DNA of 63,980 nucleotides, the filler included, from Intoshia linei (lineage: Eukaryota; Animalia; Orthonectida), in NCBI GenBank assembly GCA_001642005.1. It is 7 parts of 7 records of this genome, joined end to end, with 100 filler letters (N's around TTAATTAATTAA, not from the genome) between each part and the next. Parts side by side here need not be neighbours in the genome. Positions count along the whole stretch, not along the records: positions 52,896 to 58,444 come from LWCA01001779.1; positions 58,545 to 62,211 come from LWCA01002070.1; positions 62,312 to 63,980 come from LWCA01002529.1; 4 more parts are not named here. One strand, written 5' to 3'. Of the stretch, positions 53,055-63,980 are shown in pieces. The position numbers were made by a program, and so were the translations under genes. Position 1 is the first letter of the stretch. Every line of letters begins with the position of its first letter. A model generated the notes under the pieces. It saw only the letters and a list, made by a program, of their open reading frames with translations, did not search any database and was not told the DNA's origin.

Positions 53055-54150
53055 AACCCATTATTTTATAACAGTTTTTCCAGAGTGATATTTTATCGTA
53101 AATTTCAATTTCAGAAATTGAGTCCTTCAGAGTTAAAAACCATTATTACACATTCTAATAAAAAGTTTTAAAATCATCAATATTATGATAATTTTTAATT
53201 TCAAAATCTTCACGGCCAAAATCTCATATTACCCTTTTTCGTAAAAATTAAAAAAGTGGTAGAATTTGATAGAACATAAATTCTGGGATGGTTTTTAAAT
53301 TCATAAGCATTATCCTAAATAGTAACCTCAAAAAATGTAATTTTTACAGTCAAAAACCCAGATTGCCTTTTTTTTAAAAATGAAAAAAGCCATATAATTT
53401 AAAAAAAAATACATGATACAGTTATATCCAGTTAACACACACAAAAAATTTCAATCTGATTAAGTGACGTCTTCATGGTGAAAAAAGCAGTTTAATATTC
53501 ATTTTTTTATTTCGAAACTATTTTATTAACAAAAAATTTTAAATAATTAACGGTCGTACAATTAAAAAAAAGATTCTTATGATGCATCTTATTCCAGTTG
53601 ATATAAATACAAAATTTTAACCCCAGAAATCTACGTATTATCAGTGAAAAATAGTTTTTAATATACTGTCAACCAATATTTTAACCAATAAATGTTGGAT
53701 TAAAATTAAAAAGTAAATAATCATCCTATAATTTCAGAAAAAATCTGTATTGAACGTCTACACAATTCAAATAAATAAATATTGGTGGAAATCTATATAA
53801 TTGATTCCTTCGAGTTTTTTTTCATTGCTACGCAATTTTTGATTCTCAAATTCTCATTTTCAAAACATAATGTAAAATTAAATTAAAACTACAACGAAAT
53901 ACTAAAAGTACAATTTTGTTATTATCATTTTTATATTTATTAAACTCTATTAAACTCTACCATGTTATTAAAATTCATCTGAAGTTTGGGAACCATTCCA
54001 TTAAAATTTAATGATTGATAATAGTGAATAATAGAATTTTTAAGTTAGATTTTCGTATTAACATTTTTGTAAATTTATATTTTGGTAGAATAAAATTGTG
54101 CATTGGCAGATCTAGATGCTGTTTGTACGTAGTACATAACAGTCAACTAC
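53055..54150 (+). mobile_element. Non-autonomous Helitron-like element
   Basis: Colinear with 59345-60605; 3' hairpin ctgtttgtac-gta-gtacataacag. Confidence 0.75.
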
Positions 54151-54470
54151 ATAGAATCTTATAATTTTTGATATCGCCAATTTATTGATTATGGAAAAAT
54201 AATAAAAGTCAAAACGGATATACAGAATACGTATTTAGAGAAAATGCATTATAATTTATAAATCTGTGTAAATTAAATTAAAAAGTACAATTGTATTTGT
54301 AAATTTTACCTTATTTTATTTTGGGCTACGATGCGATCAAGACATTTTTACTAACTTTATTTATGTACTTATTGTATTTAGATAAATTTATCATAAATCT
54401 AGAAATTTATTTTTTCAGAAAAACGTGCGCAATTTTTAGAAAGAAACTAACACTCTCACATTCATGAACT

Positions 54471-54730
54471 TTTTTTTTTTTGCTGCGTTCCTACGTCGGT
54501 TGACACTACAGCTCATGGACTTTTAAACAGCAAAATTCCACGATTTTGGCTTTCGTTTTTGAATTAAAAGTCGACCGTTGCCAAACAAGTCGTCCACTTA
54601 TAAAGATATATACGACACTTGGTTTTCCAAGGTGGTCACTGATCCAGGTTCTAACCAAACCCAAAGATGCTTAACTTCTGTGATCAAATGAGAACAGGTG
54701 TTTCCATCTTGGTATGGCCGTATATAAGAT
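54471..54730 (-). mobile_element. 5S-headed, poly(A)-tailed retroposed element (SINE3-like)
   Basis: 5S + ~125-nt tail + A11-12, flanked by direct repeat ttcatgaact at 54461-54470 and 54731-54740. Confidence 0.7.
54606..54725 (-). rRNA. 5S rRNA sequence (probably the head of a retroposed element)
   Basis: ATATACGGCCATACC...GATCACAGAAGTTAAGC...GGTTAGAACCTGGATCAGTGACC...GTCGTATAT; terminal stem pairs. Confidence 0.9.
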
Positions 54731-55711
54731 TTCATGAACTGCCATATCTTATATGCAGTTTAAAATGTGAACTTCAAATTGACGCTAATTACTTACAGTC
54801 AGCAACAGCTAGTATTCTAGGAAAAATAAAATCTTTAATACTCAATATAAATTTCATTTAAAAAAAAAACGGATATTATTTGAGTTAAAAAAAATAGCAC
54901 AAATATTGTTGACTCTGAAATTGTTGTCATTTAAGCTGGGAGACATTTACCTAAAAAAGTAAATTAAAGCTAAAGTTAAATTTTATTTTTTTTACCATAT
55001 AAACTCAATTATTGTAAAATATAAGTACGCATTTCAATATCTCCATCGTACATTTGATTTTATCTTAATATGCATTTTTTTTATAATCTAACTAACTTTA
55101 TTTTCAATTTTATTTTAATTGAAAATTTAATTTATTAGTTTAAAAAGGTTAAATTAATAAATAAAAAGAATTGATGATATTATGTCTGCATTTAATAACA
55201 CTAAATTTATGTTCCATTCAATATAATAAAAGATTTTACCCTACCACGAAGTAAGCAATTTGATAGCCTAGAACAACTTGTGCTGTTGATATATACACCA
55301 TATCAAGAGATGTAAAGGGGTAGAAAGTTTGAATTCAATTGGGAAAGGTTACATTTTTCACCTAGCACAATAGCTGTCGCGAACTGTTAAACACAAATTT
55401 TTTACAAAAATGCACTTTTTTATACATTTTTTCATGTCACTGTGGAAATTGTTGCATCATAAAAAATAAATTTAATTTAAATTTTAAATCAAAAAATGTG
55501 AGAGTGTGAGAGTGTTTACAAACAAACATTTATGTAAAATATATATGTAAAATGTATAATAAAGATTACATTACTAACATGTAAATACAAATGTACTGAA
55601 GATTCATTATTGATGAATATTAATGTGAAACAAAGATAAACTGATGCGATCAAATACATGTATTGTATACATTATGTATTTCTTTTTAAGCATTCTTGTG
55701 GTAAATTTTTC

Positions 55712-55784
55712 AGCAGAGTGGCGCAGTGGATAGCGTGCTGGGCCCATAACCCAGAGGTCCGTGGATCGAAACCACGCTCTGCTA
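55712..55784 (+). tRNA. Initiator tRNA-Met (CAT)
   Basis: AGCAGAGTGGCGCAG...CTGGGCCCATAACCCAG...GGATCGAAACC...CTCTGCTA; A1:T72 pair, initiator-type T-loop, downstream T6 terminator. Confidence 0.97.
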
Positions 55785-56759
55785 ATTTTTTGATTAACTG
55801 GTAATAAAATCATTCTTTTGTAATGTGGACTAAGATTGTCAATTTAACGTTAATTATCTATTTACAAATGTTAATACTTATAATCTACTTTTTTATTTTT
55901 AAGGCTTTTAATTTTCCCAAAGAAAATATCTAATAACAATTGATTTGATAATATAATTTGCACAATAAACATAGAATTCTATACTATAGATCTGCACTCG
56001 ATGTCTTGAAATTTTTACATAAAAAATATAAATTACTTTATGATGTTTAACAATAAATACATGAAATTACCTGTAAGTGTAATTAAGCACTCCAATTTTA
56101 TTATTATTTTATAAAAATGAATGTATAAACAAATTTAATATGAATAAACAACTCAAATGCAACCAACAGTACAAAAGAGAAACCATAAATACAATATGTC
56201 TGAAAATGTGAAAACATTTCTCATTCTGATACACGTCAGTGGAAATGTAAAACTTTAGATTTAATTGCTCGACATATCAATATGAAATATGTAAATTTTA
56301 TTACAACTATACTCTAGTTTCATTGATTTTTATAAATGGGACGTTTTCTATAAGATTGCGTGTAATTCATATTTGTTTAATATTTATATTGATTTTTTAA
56401 TTTATTATGTACTATCTGGTGATGAAAATATTATATTCAATAAATTAAATTCATTTTTGTATTATTTAGTCAAAAATTTTATTCACACATGATTGATTTT
56501 ATATGTATCCATTATAATATATTAATGTACCGTATCTTATTGGGCAATTACTATCGTTTTAATTTATTTATTACTCATTTACAGATCCAGCTTGTATAAC
56601 ATTTTTAATAATTTATTTACATTGTTAGTACATGTACATTTAAATATTTAATATGTGGAAGTTATGAATATTAAAATTTATTCATTTGTAATACTTTTTA
56701 CTATAATATCCTTAATTATTTTCATGGTTCAATTCTTCACCATGTCTAAATTACAAAGT

Positions 56760-57272
56760 ATTTTTAAATATTAATTAAAACTATCTTTTTATTGTACTTT
56801 TAAAATATATCTTTTACTTATATAAAAATATCTAATATAAATATCAAAATTTTTATAGTTCAAATATCTGTGTAACATTTATTGAAAAAATTGAATTTTC
56901 ACTTTTTAAACATATTTCAGGCGAATTTTACCAATATATCAAAGGATTGTAATAAATATAAAAATGATAATAACAAAGTTGTATTACTTTTAGTAATATA
57001 TCGATATAATAAAAAAAATCGGATAACATTTTTTTAAAATATTTTACACAATTGTTAATAAAATAAATTTAACGTGGAATAATATACTTTAAATTAAAAG
57101 TTAATGTGATATGACGGATCCACGTGTAACAAGTTTGGAACCACTCCTTGAAATGATTTATAATAGTAAACAATAGCATTTTTAGTGACTGAATTTTTCT
57201 GGTAGAATAAAAATGTCCGCTCTCGGCAAAGCTAGGATGCTGTTTGTACGAAGTACATAACAATCAAGCTAG
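56760..57272 (+). mobile_element. Helitron-like repeat, 3' part
   Basis: Hairpin tgtttgtac-gaa-gtacataaca followed by CTAG|T. Confidence 0.7.
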
Positions 57273-57364
57273 TTCAATGTACATTGAACATTATATATTA
57301 AAAATTTTTGTACCATGTTTAAATGGAATTTTTTAGCCATATTTTAAGGATGGTATTTATTTAA

Positions 57365-58444
57365 CCCCTTACTACTCGCGCTTGACGTTTTTTATCAATG
57401 AAATTTGTAAATTGCACTATAAATTTGACATGGGCAATAAACGAGATTAAATTGGACCATATAATTGATAATAGAAATACAAGAAATGTAAATAAAATAT
57501 TTAACACAATTATTACGTGTGAATTGTATAATACGAGTGTATTCAACCACATTCAAATTATTTATCACTATGAATATTGAACTAAACTTGTTATTAAATT
57601 TATTATATAAACTGAATCTTGACAAAATGAATAAAATGATGCAAGAAAATGATGATTATTTTGATGAATCAAGCGGATCTGAAACAGATTTCGAATACTT
57701 TAGTGAACATAACACTGACTCAAACGAATCTATTTCAGACACCGATATGGAATTAACTGGAAAAGATGGATTAACTAAATGGAATAATTATTCTGTTATT
57801 CAAGATGACTTANGATATGGAATTAACTGGAAAAGATGGATTAACTAAATGGAATAATTATTCTGTTATTCAAGATGACTTACATCAATGTATCAATCAA
57901 TGGATTATAATATGAATGAATTACCTAATCTTAGTAACATTTCTATCGATGAATCATTAAGACTTCTTTTTACAGATGATATAATACAAATTATTATAAA
58001 ATCTACAAATATTAAAATTGAATCTATTATTGGCAACTTTAATAGAAAAAGAGATGCTAAGCTCACTAATAAAACTGAAATTGAAGGATTTTTTGGAGTT
58101 CTTTTGATTGCCGGTAGTTTAAGATCTTCAAGAACAAATTTTAAAGATTTGTCGGCAACAGATGGTTGCGGTGTGGATGCCATTAAAGAATTGCTATCCT
58201 ATACTAAATTCCTTTTTTTGTCTAGATGTATAACATTTAACAATATTTATACGAGAGAAGAAGAAAAGACGATAAACTTGCAGCTATTCGAGATGTTTTC
58301 GAAATAATTGTACATAATTTCAAAAAAAATTACAAACCTGGAAAAAACTTAACTTTAGACAAAACTATTATATTATTCAGGGGAAGATGTGGCTTTAAAA
58401 TGTATCTACCCTCAAAACCGTGTAAATATGGTTTGAAAATTTAT
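57365..58444 (+). mobile_element. piggyBac transposon, 5' part, degenerate and cut by gap
   Basis: TTAA|CCCCTT terminus; LFTDDIIQIIIKSTN, EIEGFFGVLLIAG, DKLAAIRDVFE, FRGRCGFKMYLPSKPCKYGLKI. Confidence 0.9.
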
Positions 58445-58849
58445 NNNNNNNNNNNNNNNNNNNNNNNNNNNNNNNNNNNNNNNNNNNNTTAATTAATTAA
58501 NNNNNNNNNNNNNNNNNNNNNNNNNNNNNNNNNNNNNNNNNNNNCAGTAAAATTTAAAATAAAATGCACGTGTAACAATTAAATATTTCAAAATGTAATA
58601 TTATAACTTCATATAAAAAATGTAAGTTATGAGGAAAAATTGTAACTTTATTAACTTTTGCTTGCCCTAATTATAAGTAATGATTTACTACAATTAGTAA
58701 ATAAAATTCAATATACACTCAATGACAAAACTATATAGTACCTACTGAAAAATATAAAGTACATTGGTCTCTGGTCGAATTAAAATAAATTTTATGCATG
58801 ATTAAATTAAGATTAAGATTAAAAGTATGATTATAAGTGCTGATTTATC

Positions 58850-61724
58850 ATTTTTAAAGAAAATTTGTTACATCGATTACATTGTAAAAACAGCAAACGT
58901 TAACGGAATCTTTGTACTTGAGAAAAATACGTCTATCTATGAACTATATAGTTTGAAGCGTTTATCGATGTTGCTGGTAATTACAGATTAACATAATTAT
59001 TTAATATAAATCCTTAATTAATAATATCGTTAATATTTAAAAATAGGTTTATCTAAACGTTCGTGCAAAAAATAGTACGACTTAATTTTACCAGTTTTGA
59101 GTATGTATGTGCTGAAATATAAAACTTAGAATCTTCAAATTGTGCAAAATGTTAACTTGCATGACCTATTACTTGAAATAGCAATATTTAAAACACAAAA
59201 AAATCTTATACGGATATCTGAGAAACTTAGTTTGTTTATTCAGTGACAGTGTTATTAGAATATATAACAAAATTTAATATACAGTATGTACCACACCACC
59301 ACATTTTTCAATTTTTGACGACAATCTAACTAATTTCAATAAATACCAATCTTAATTTTGTAAAGTCCATATTTCAATTACAGTTTTTTCTAGGGTAATA
59401 ATAAGATAAATTTCAACCTCCAAAACTCACATATTACGGGTCAAAAACCCCAATTGTCATTTTTTTGTGAAAATCAAACGAGTTGGAGAACTAAAAAAAA
59501 AAAAATATATCTGCTGATACGGATTTTAAAATCATAAATTTAAATTTATAAAAATTAAACCCCAAATAACCCTTTTTTTTAATGAAAACAGCCCTAGAAT
59601 CTAAAAAAATTTCAATCCGAATAAGTGACGACTTCAAGGTCAAAACTGCATTTTAGTATTCACATATTATTTTCCGAAATATTTTATTAAAACAAAAAAT
59701 GTGAAATAATTAATTGTCGAAAAATTAAAAAAAAGAATATTCTGATATAGCTTATTCCAGTTGAAATAAATACAAAATTTCAACCCCAGAAATCTCGCAT
59801 TCCGGGTGAAAAATAATTTTTAATATATTATCAATCAATATTTTTCAAATATTTCGATTAAAATAAAAATATTGATCCTACAATTTAAAAAAAAAAGCGC
59901 ATTGAACATCTACACATTTCCAATAAAGAAATATTGGTGAAAATCTTTGTAATTCATTCCTTCGCAATCTTTAAATTTCAAATTCTCATTTTCAAAATAT
60001 TTTGTTTCAAATTTAAACTACAACAACGAAACTAAAAGTAATACAACTTTGTTATTATCATTTTTTATTTATTACAATCCTCTGCAGTATTGGTAAAATT
60101 CGCCTGAAATATGTTTATTAAGTGAAGATTCCGTTAATTATTGATACATAATTGGTATTTGTAAGTATTTATTAAATTGGTACTGAATATATGTTATCAC
60201 ATTGAAAATGACAAAATGGGTTTTTATAATTTTATTTTTTCTGGAATTTATGCTATTTATGACAATTTTTAGGATTGGACAGTTTTTACTTTATTTTTAA
60301 TATTATACACACATTTTGTCTAATAAATTAAAAAAATGGGATAACAATTGTTTTTAAAATTCTTTACGCAAATGTTAACAAAAGAAAATTAAGATAAAAT
60401 AATTCACTTTAAAGTAAAAAGTAATGTGATATGATGGTTCCACCAGAAACAAATTTATGAACCATTCCTTTAAAGGATTGATAATAGTGAACAGTAGGAT
60501 TTTTAAATTAGATTTTCAACATGAATTTATTTTTTTGGTATAATAAAAATGTGCTCTCGGCAGAGCTAGATGCTGTTTGTACGTAGTACATAACAGTCAA
60601 ACTAGTTATATTATAATTAATACTCTTCAATAATTATAATTACTAGATAAATTTTAGACATTTTTTTAAGTACAAAATATATAAAAACATGTGATACATT
60701 TAGTGAGATCATTTTTTGAGGGTTCTTCAGTGTTATTACCTTATCATTCAAATATTGAATACAGCATCGACAATTGTACAAGGACATTATAGTGTCTGTA
60801 AAATCCATATATCGCATTCTGCAATCAATTTTAATCAAATCCATGAAAATTGAACATTTCAATCTATATTTAATGTTAATTTATATTAGTCTTGATTTTT
60901 CGAAATATTAAAAAAATGTGTTCGGATGTCAATTTGCCTTTATCACATGAAGGACAAATACAAACAATGACACATTATGAGGTATATACCAATCAGAGTC
61001 CAAAATATAATCAGGCCAATTTTATTAATTTAATTTTATGTTATTTTTCTAATTTTGATTTATCAAGTTGACAAGTTTTCACTTTCACTCTACTTTGCAC
61101 CTATTTACTTGTACTGATGTTACCGACATTTTACAATTTCAGGAAATTTACAAATTGCCTAGGGTGTTAGCAATTACAGTCCTTTTATAATTTTAAATTA
61201 ATAAATTCATTTTGACGTTGCTATTTAACCTCAAATTAATTTTGGGCTTACACTGTTAAACAATTCAATTGTTACAATCAGAGTTTGGAATTAATTAATT
61301 GCAACCAATTTAATTACAATTAATTGGTAAAAATTAAGGAAAATAAAATCAATTAATTATTTGTTCAAAAATTATTTTTCAATTAATTGCTTTATGAAAA
61401 ATAATTACATTAAATAATTAAAAAAGTGCAAACAGTCTAGGCAATTTACAAATTGCCTAAATTTTCACTTTGCCGGTAACATATATACCAGACTAAAAAA
61501 AGACCCCAATAGTGAAGTCTTAAAGTCAACCTTCGTCACAAATCCATGGTATATACTAATTCAGAAGTGGGGAAGCATTTACTGTTCGAAGGCAGCATCT
61601 TTCTATATAAAATACAGCAGTGCTTCTCATGGGGGTGACCAGTCAGCCACAATGGGTGAATAATTTTATTAGGGCTAAATACGAAAAGTTTAGATGATTT
61701 TAGTGAATGATACATTTTAAGCAT
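58850..61724 (-). CDS. Probable multi-exon gene, weakly KICSTOR subunit 2 (C12orf66)-like; structure unresolved
   Basis: Exon-like segments ILYRKMLPSNSKCFPTSEL and LKCSIFMDLIKIDCRMRYMDFTDTIMSLYNCR with splice sites; similarity judged by eye only. Confidence 0.3.
59345..60605 (+). mobile_element. Near full-length non-autonomous Helitron-like element
   Basis: Subterminal hairpin 60573-60596, then CTAG (60602-60605) followed by T; no TIR or TSD. Confidence 0.8.
61118..61481. mobile_element. MITE with TGTTACCG termini and internal palindromes
   Basis: tgttaccgaca / tgccggtaaca; subterminal aatttacaaattgccta motif at both ends. Confidence 0.7.
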
Positions 61725-61904
61725 ATATTTTATTAAATTGATTAAAATCTTATGACAAAAAAATTTTACTAACCCTTAAGGAAAAAACCGCTTTTACCAA
61801 CATTTTCCAGAAAAATCCCATTTTACCAAAAAATAATATAATAATTTTAAATGAAATAATTCAAATTATTCAGAAGGCCGCCCTTTCCTCACTTCTACTA
61901 GTGC

Positions 61905-62211
61905 AGGGGTGGGCGACGATTGAACAATCGGTGGCCAAATCTGTCTAGCGAAAATTCCTAGAGGCCACAACAAAAAATAAAAATAATTGTTGTATGTATT
62001 TACATAAATTCTTTTTCTTTCATATGTTTATCTTACAAAGAATTGGTTCTCTTAAAATCAGTTCAATGAAAAGATTAAAAATTATTTCCTCAGAAAAGTA
62101 ATTTATTTTGAACTGTTGAACTTGTTTTTGTATTTAGCTGTTGCCAAATCGTCAATTTCTGGTTCAAACTTGCTAGTTTTCAAAATCAAACTCTCTTCTA
62201 GGTGTAGGTCT
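61905..62211. mobile_element. hAT element end, cut by gap
   Basis: caggggtgggc...ggccaaatc...ggccac terminus typical of Buster/Charlie hATs. Confidence 0.5.
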
Positions 62212-63271
62212 NNNNNNNNNNNNNNNNNNNNNNNNNNNNNNNNNNNNNNNNNNNNTTAATTAATTAANNNNNNNNNNNNNNNNNNNNNNNNNNNNNNNNN
62301 NNNNNNNNNNNTATTATTTGCATGAATTGTTGTTTCAAGATCATGATTGGATGTGATTCTACCTTGATGAATATCAATTTCAATTCGATTTTATTGCAAT
62401 CTTTTAAAATACGAAAAATGCATTAAGAAATTCTAATTCTCATGTATCAAACAATTTTAAGCATGACTTAAATGCTTTATTTGAGGTTGCCAAATTCGAC
62501 CAAAGCAAGACACTTAGTGAAGATATAAATTTTCTGGAGAAGTAAAAAATCGGAACAGGATATATGGCCAGGGAAAAAAATGATAATCCACATAAAAAAG
62601 AAATATTGAGTACCAGTAAAAGTGAAAAAAAATTATTCATCTTAACAATAAATCAATAAAAATAATAATACTGCAATAAGTAATAACTTAAACGTTTCCA
62701 TCATTTTTTAATCATCAGGTTTTACAATTAATGACATTTTACAATGTGAAATACATGAAAACTATAAATGTGTTGATTAACTGTTAAATCCTTAATTAAC
62801 TTAAAGTTAAAGTAAAGTTTTCAATCAACTATAACTATAACATAAATCAGTTAAGGTATTTTCACTCTAATAGGGATATTTTTGTCTTTAGTAAATAGGT
62901 ATAATGAAAAATTAAAATCAAATTGATAATTGACATTGGAGTGTTGTTATTGTGAACACAAATTAAATCTTATTTTCTAATTAACATTTATAATACATAT
63001 ATATTAAAATACATGTATCTTGTAAACATTAAGATGTAAAATAATTAAACATATGCGTCTATAAGGTAAATTTAATAAAAACGTGGTTAATTAAATTAAA
63101 AATAAATAATTGGTTGGAATGAATAGTGCATGATTTTTAAACTTGTACTATTTATATTTATTTACAATGTAAAAAAAAAACAAATATAAATCATTGTTAT
63201 TAATTATTTTCGTTTGCTACGAAACTATTAACTTACCGAATATATATCGATCACAATAACGCAATAAAAAT

Positions 63272-63980
63272 ATGAATAAACGAAGTGGTTCAGGTTTAAA
63301 AAACAACAAAAACTCTGATGTTTTACATTTTTTACCTTCATTAACTCAGAAAGCTTCAAAGCAAAAATGGATGCACCAAAGTGGTTCTTATATTCACAAA
63401 GCATTTCAAACACTTGCCACTGATGATGATGGCATTCAATTAGTGGAAGAACTAATTCGACGTAAATTAATTTTATTTTTTTAAAACTATAAGCTCTAAT
63501 TCATTTTAATAGGAGAGAAATTTAACAAAAGTGGTAAAATACATCATAATCGTTATAAAAAAACTGGGACAACTAAATCAGCAAAATCAGCTTTAGGGAA
63601 AATGAGTCAACCGAAACGAGCTAAGGAATCGTTTCGTAAATCATTAATAGATGTCTTAATTAATAGATTTGGAGACAAGTCTGCAGAAAATAAATTTTCT
63701 GATGCACTGACTACAACGGATAAAGATATATTGGTAAAAATTTATTGAAAAATTAAAATTAAATTTTATTTACATTTTTAATTTGTTCAAATCTCAATTA
63801 TATAATTTTAGCGATATTACTATTATATTCACAACGGAATAGATACTGATCATGTGGCGCCAATGGAAGATTCTTGGTTGCAAAATGTATTTTCTCTGGT
63901 TCCGCAAAAACTGAAATCTGATAAAGAAGCTACAATTGAAAAATTATCAGAATCAATGAAGGAAGATTACCTATTGAGTG
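63272..63980 (+). CDS. DNAH7: Axonemal inner-arm dynein heavy chain 7, 5' end (runs off window)
   Basis: KESFRKSLIDVL...DKDIL-RYYYYIHNGIDTDHVAPMEDSWLQNVFSLVPQKLK...MKEDYLLS. Confidence 0.9.

Noticed and set aside
54482-54605. Possible spliced-leader RNA or snRNA linked to 5S (Sm-like AATTTTG / GATTTTGG)
   Set aside because: No clear leader/donor or snRNA signature; poly(A) plus TSD explain it better as a retroposon tail. An Infernal/Rfam search would settle it
54667-55813. ORFs 54667-54861 and 55607-55813
   Set aside because: They overlap the 5S sequence and tRNA-iMet in antisense; spurious
57744-57882. ~69-bp tandem duplication in piggyBac
   Set aside because: Split by a single N at 57813; assembly overlap artefact

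Overview
Very AT-rich animal (metazoan) genomic DNA, not prokaryotic. Genes are split by very short GT-AG introns (mostly about 30-45 nt), and an axonemal dynein indicates motile cilia. This profile fits a compact invertebrate genome such as an orthonectid (Intoshia-like); that assignment is inference only. Six 100-nt gap spacers (N44-TTAATTAATTAA-N44) split the window, nearly all inside transposon sequence, so synteny across them is uncertain. Recognisable genes: a 5'-truncated PAS-domain factor, ASF1, PIGW, TMEM234-like, NOXRED1, HDAC3, cytosolic TyrRS (YARS1), a CABIT/Serrano-like protein, PQBP1, GMF, TMEM87-like, the 5' end of DNAH7, and tRNA-iMet. Mobile DNA is dense and diverse: hAT, mariner, Tc1, Tigger/pogo, piggyBac, Gypsy, many MITEs and an abundant non-autonomous Helitron family. 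The three most interesting observations are: (1) a ~1000-aa protein combining an extended-Tudor-like domain, an N/Q-rich repeat region and a Schlafen/AlbA_2 domain, a candidate small-RNA pathway factor; (2) a 5S-rRNA-headed, poly(A)-tailed insertion with a perfect 10-bp target-site duplication (SINE3-like); (3) a 10-exon secreted-protein gene, absent from the ORF track, built from symmetric phase-0 mini-exons (micro-exon-gene-like). All family assignments come from motif recognition by eye, not database searches.
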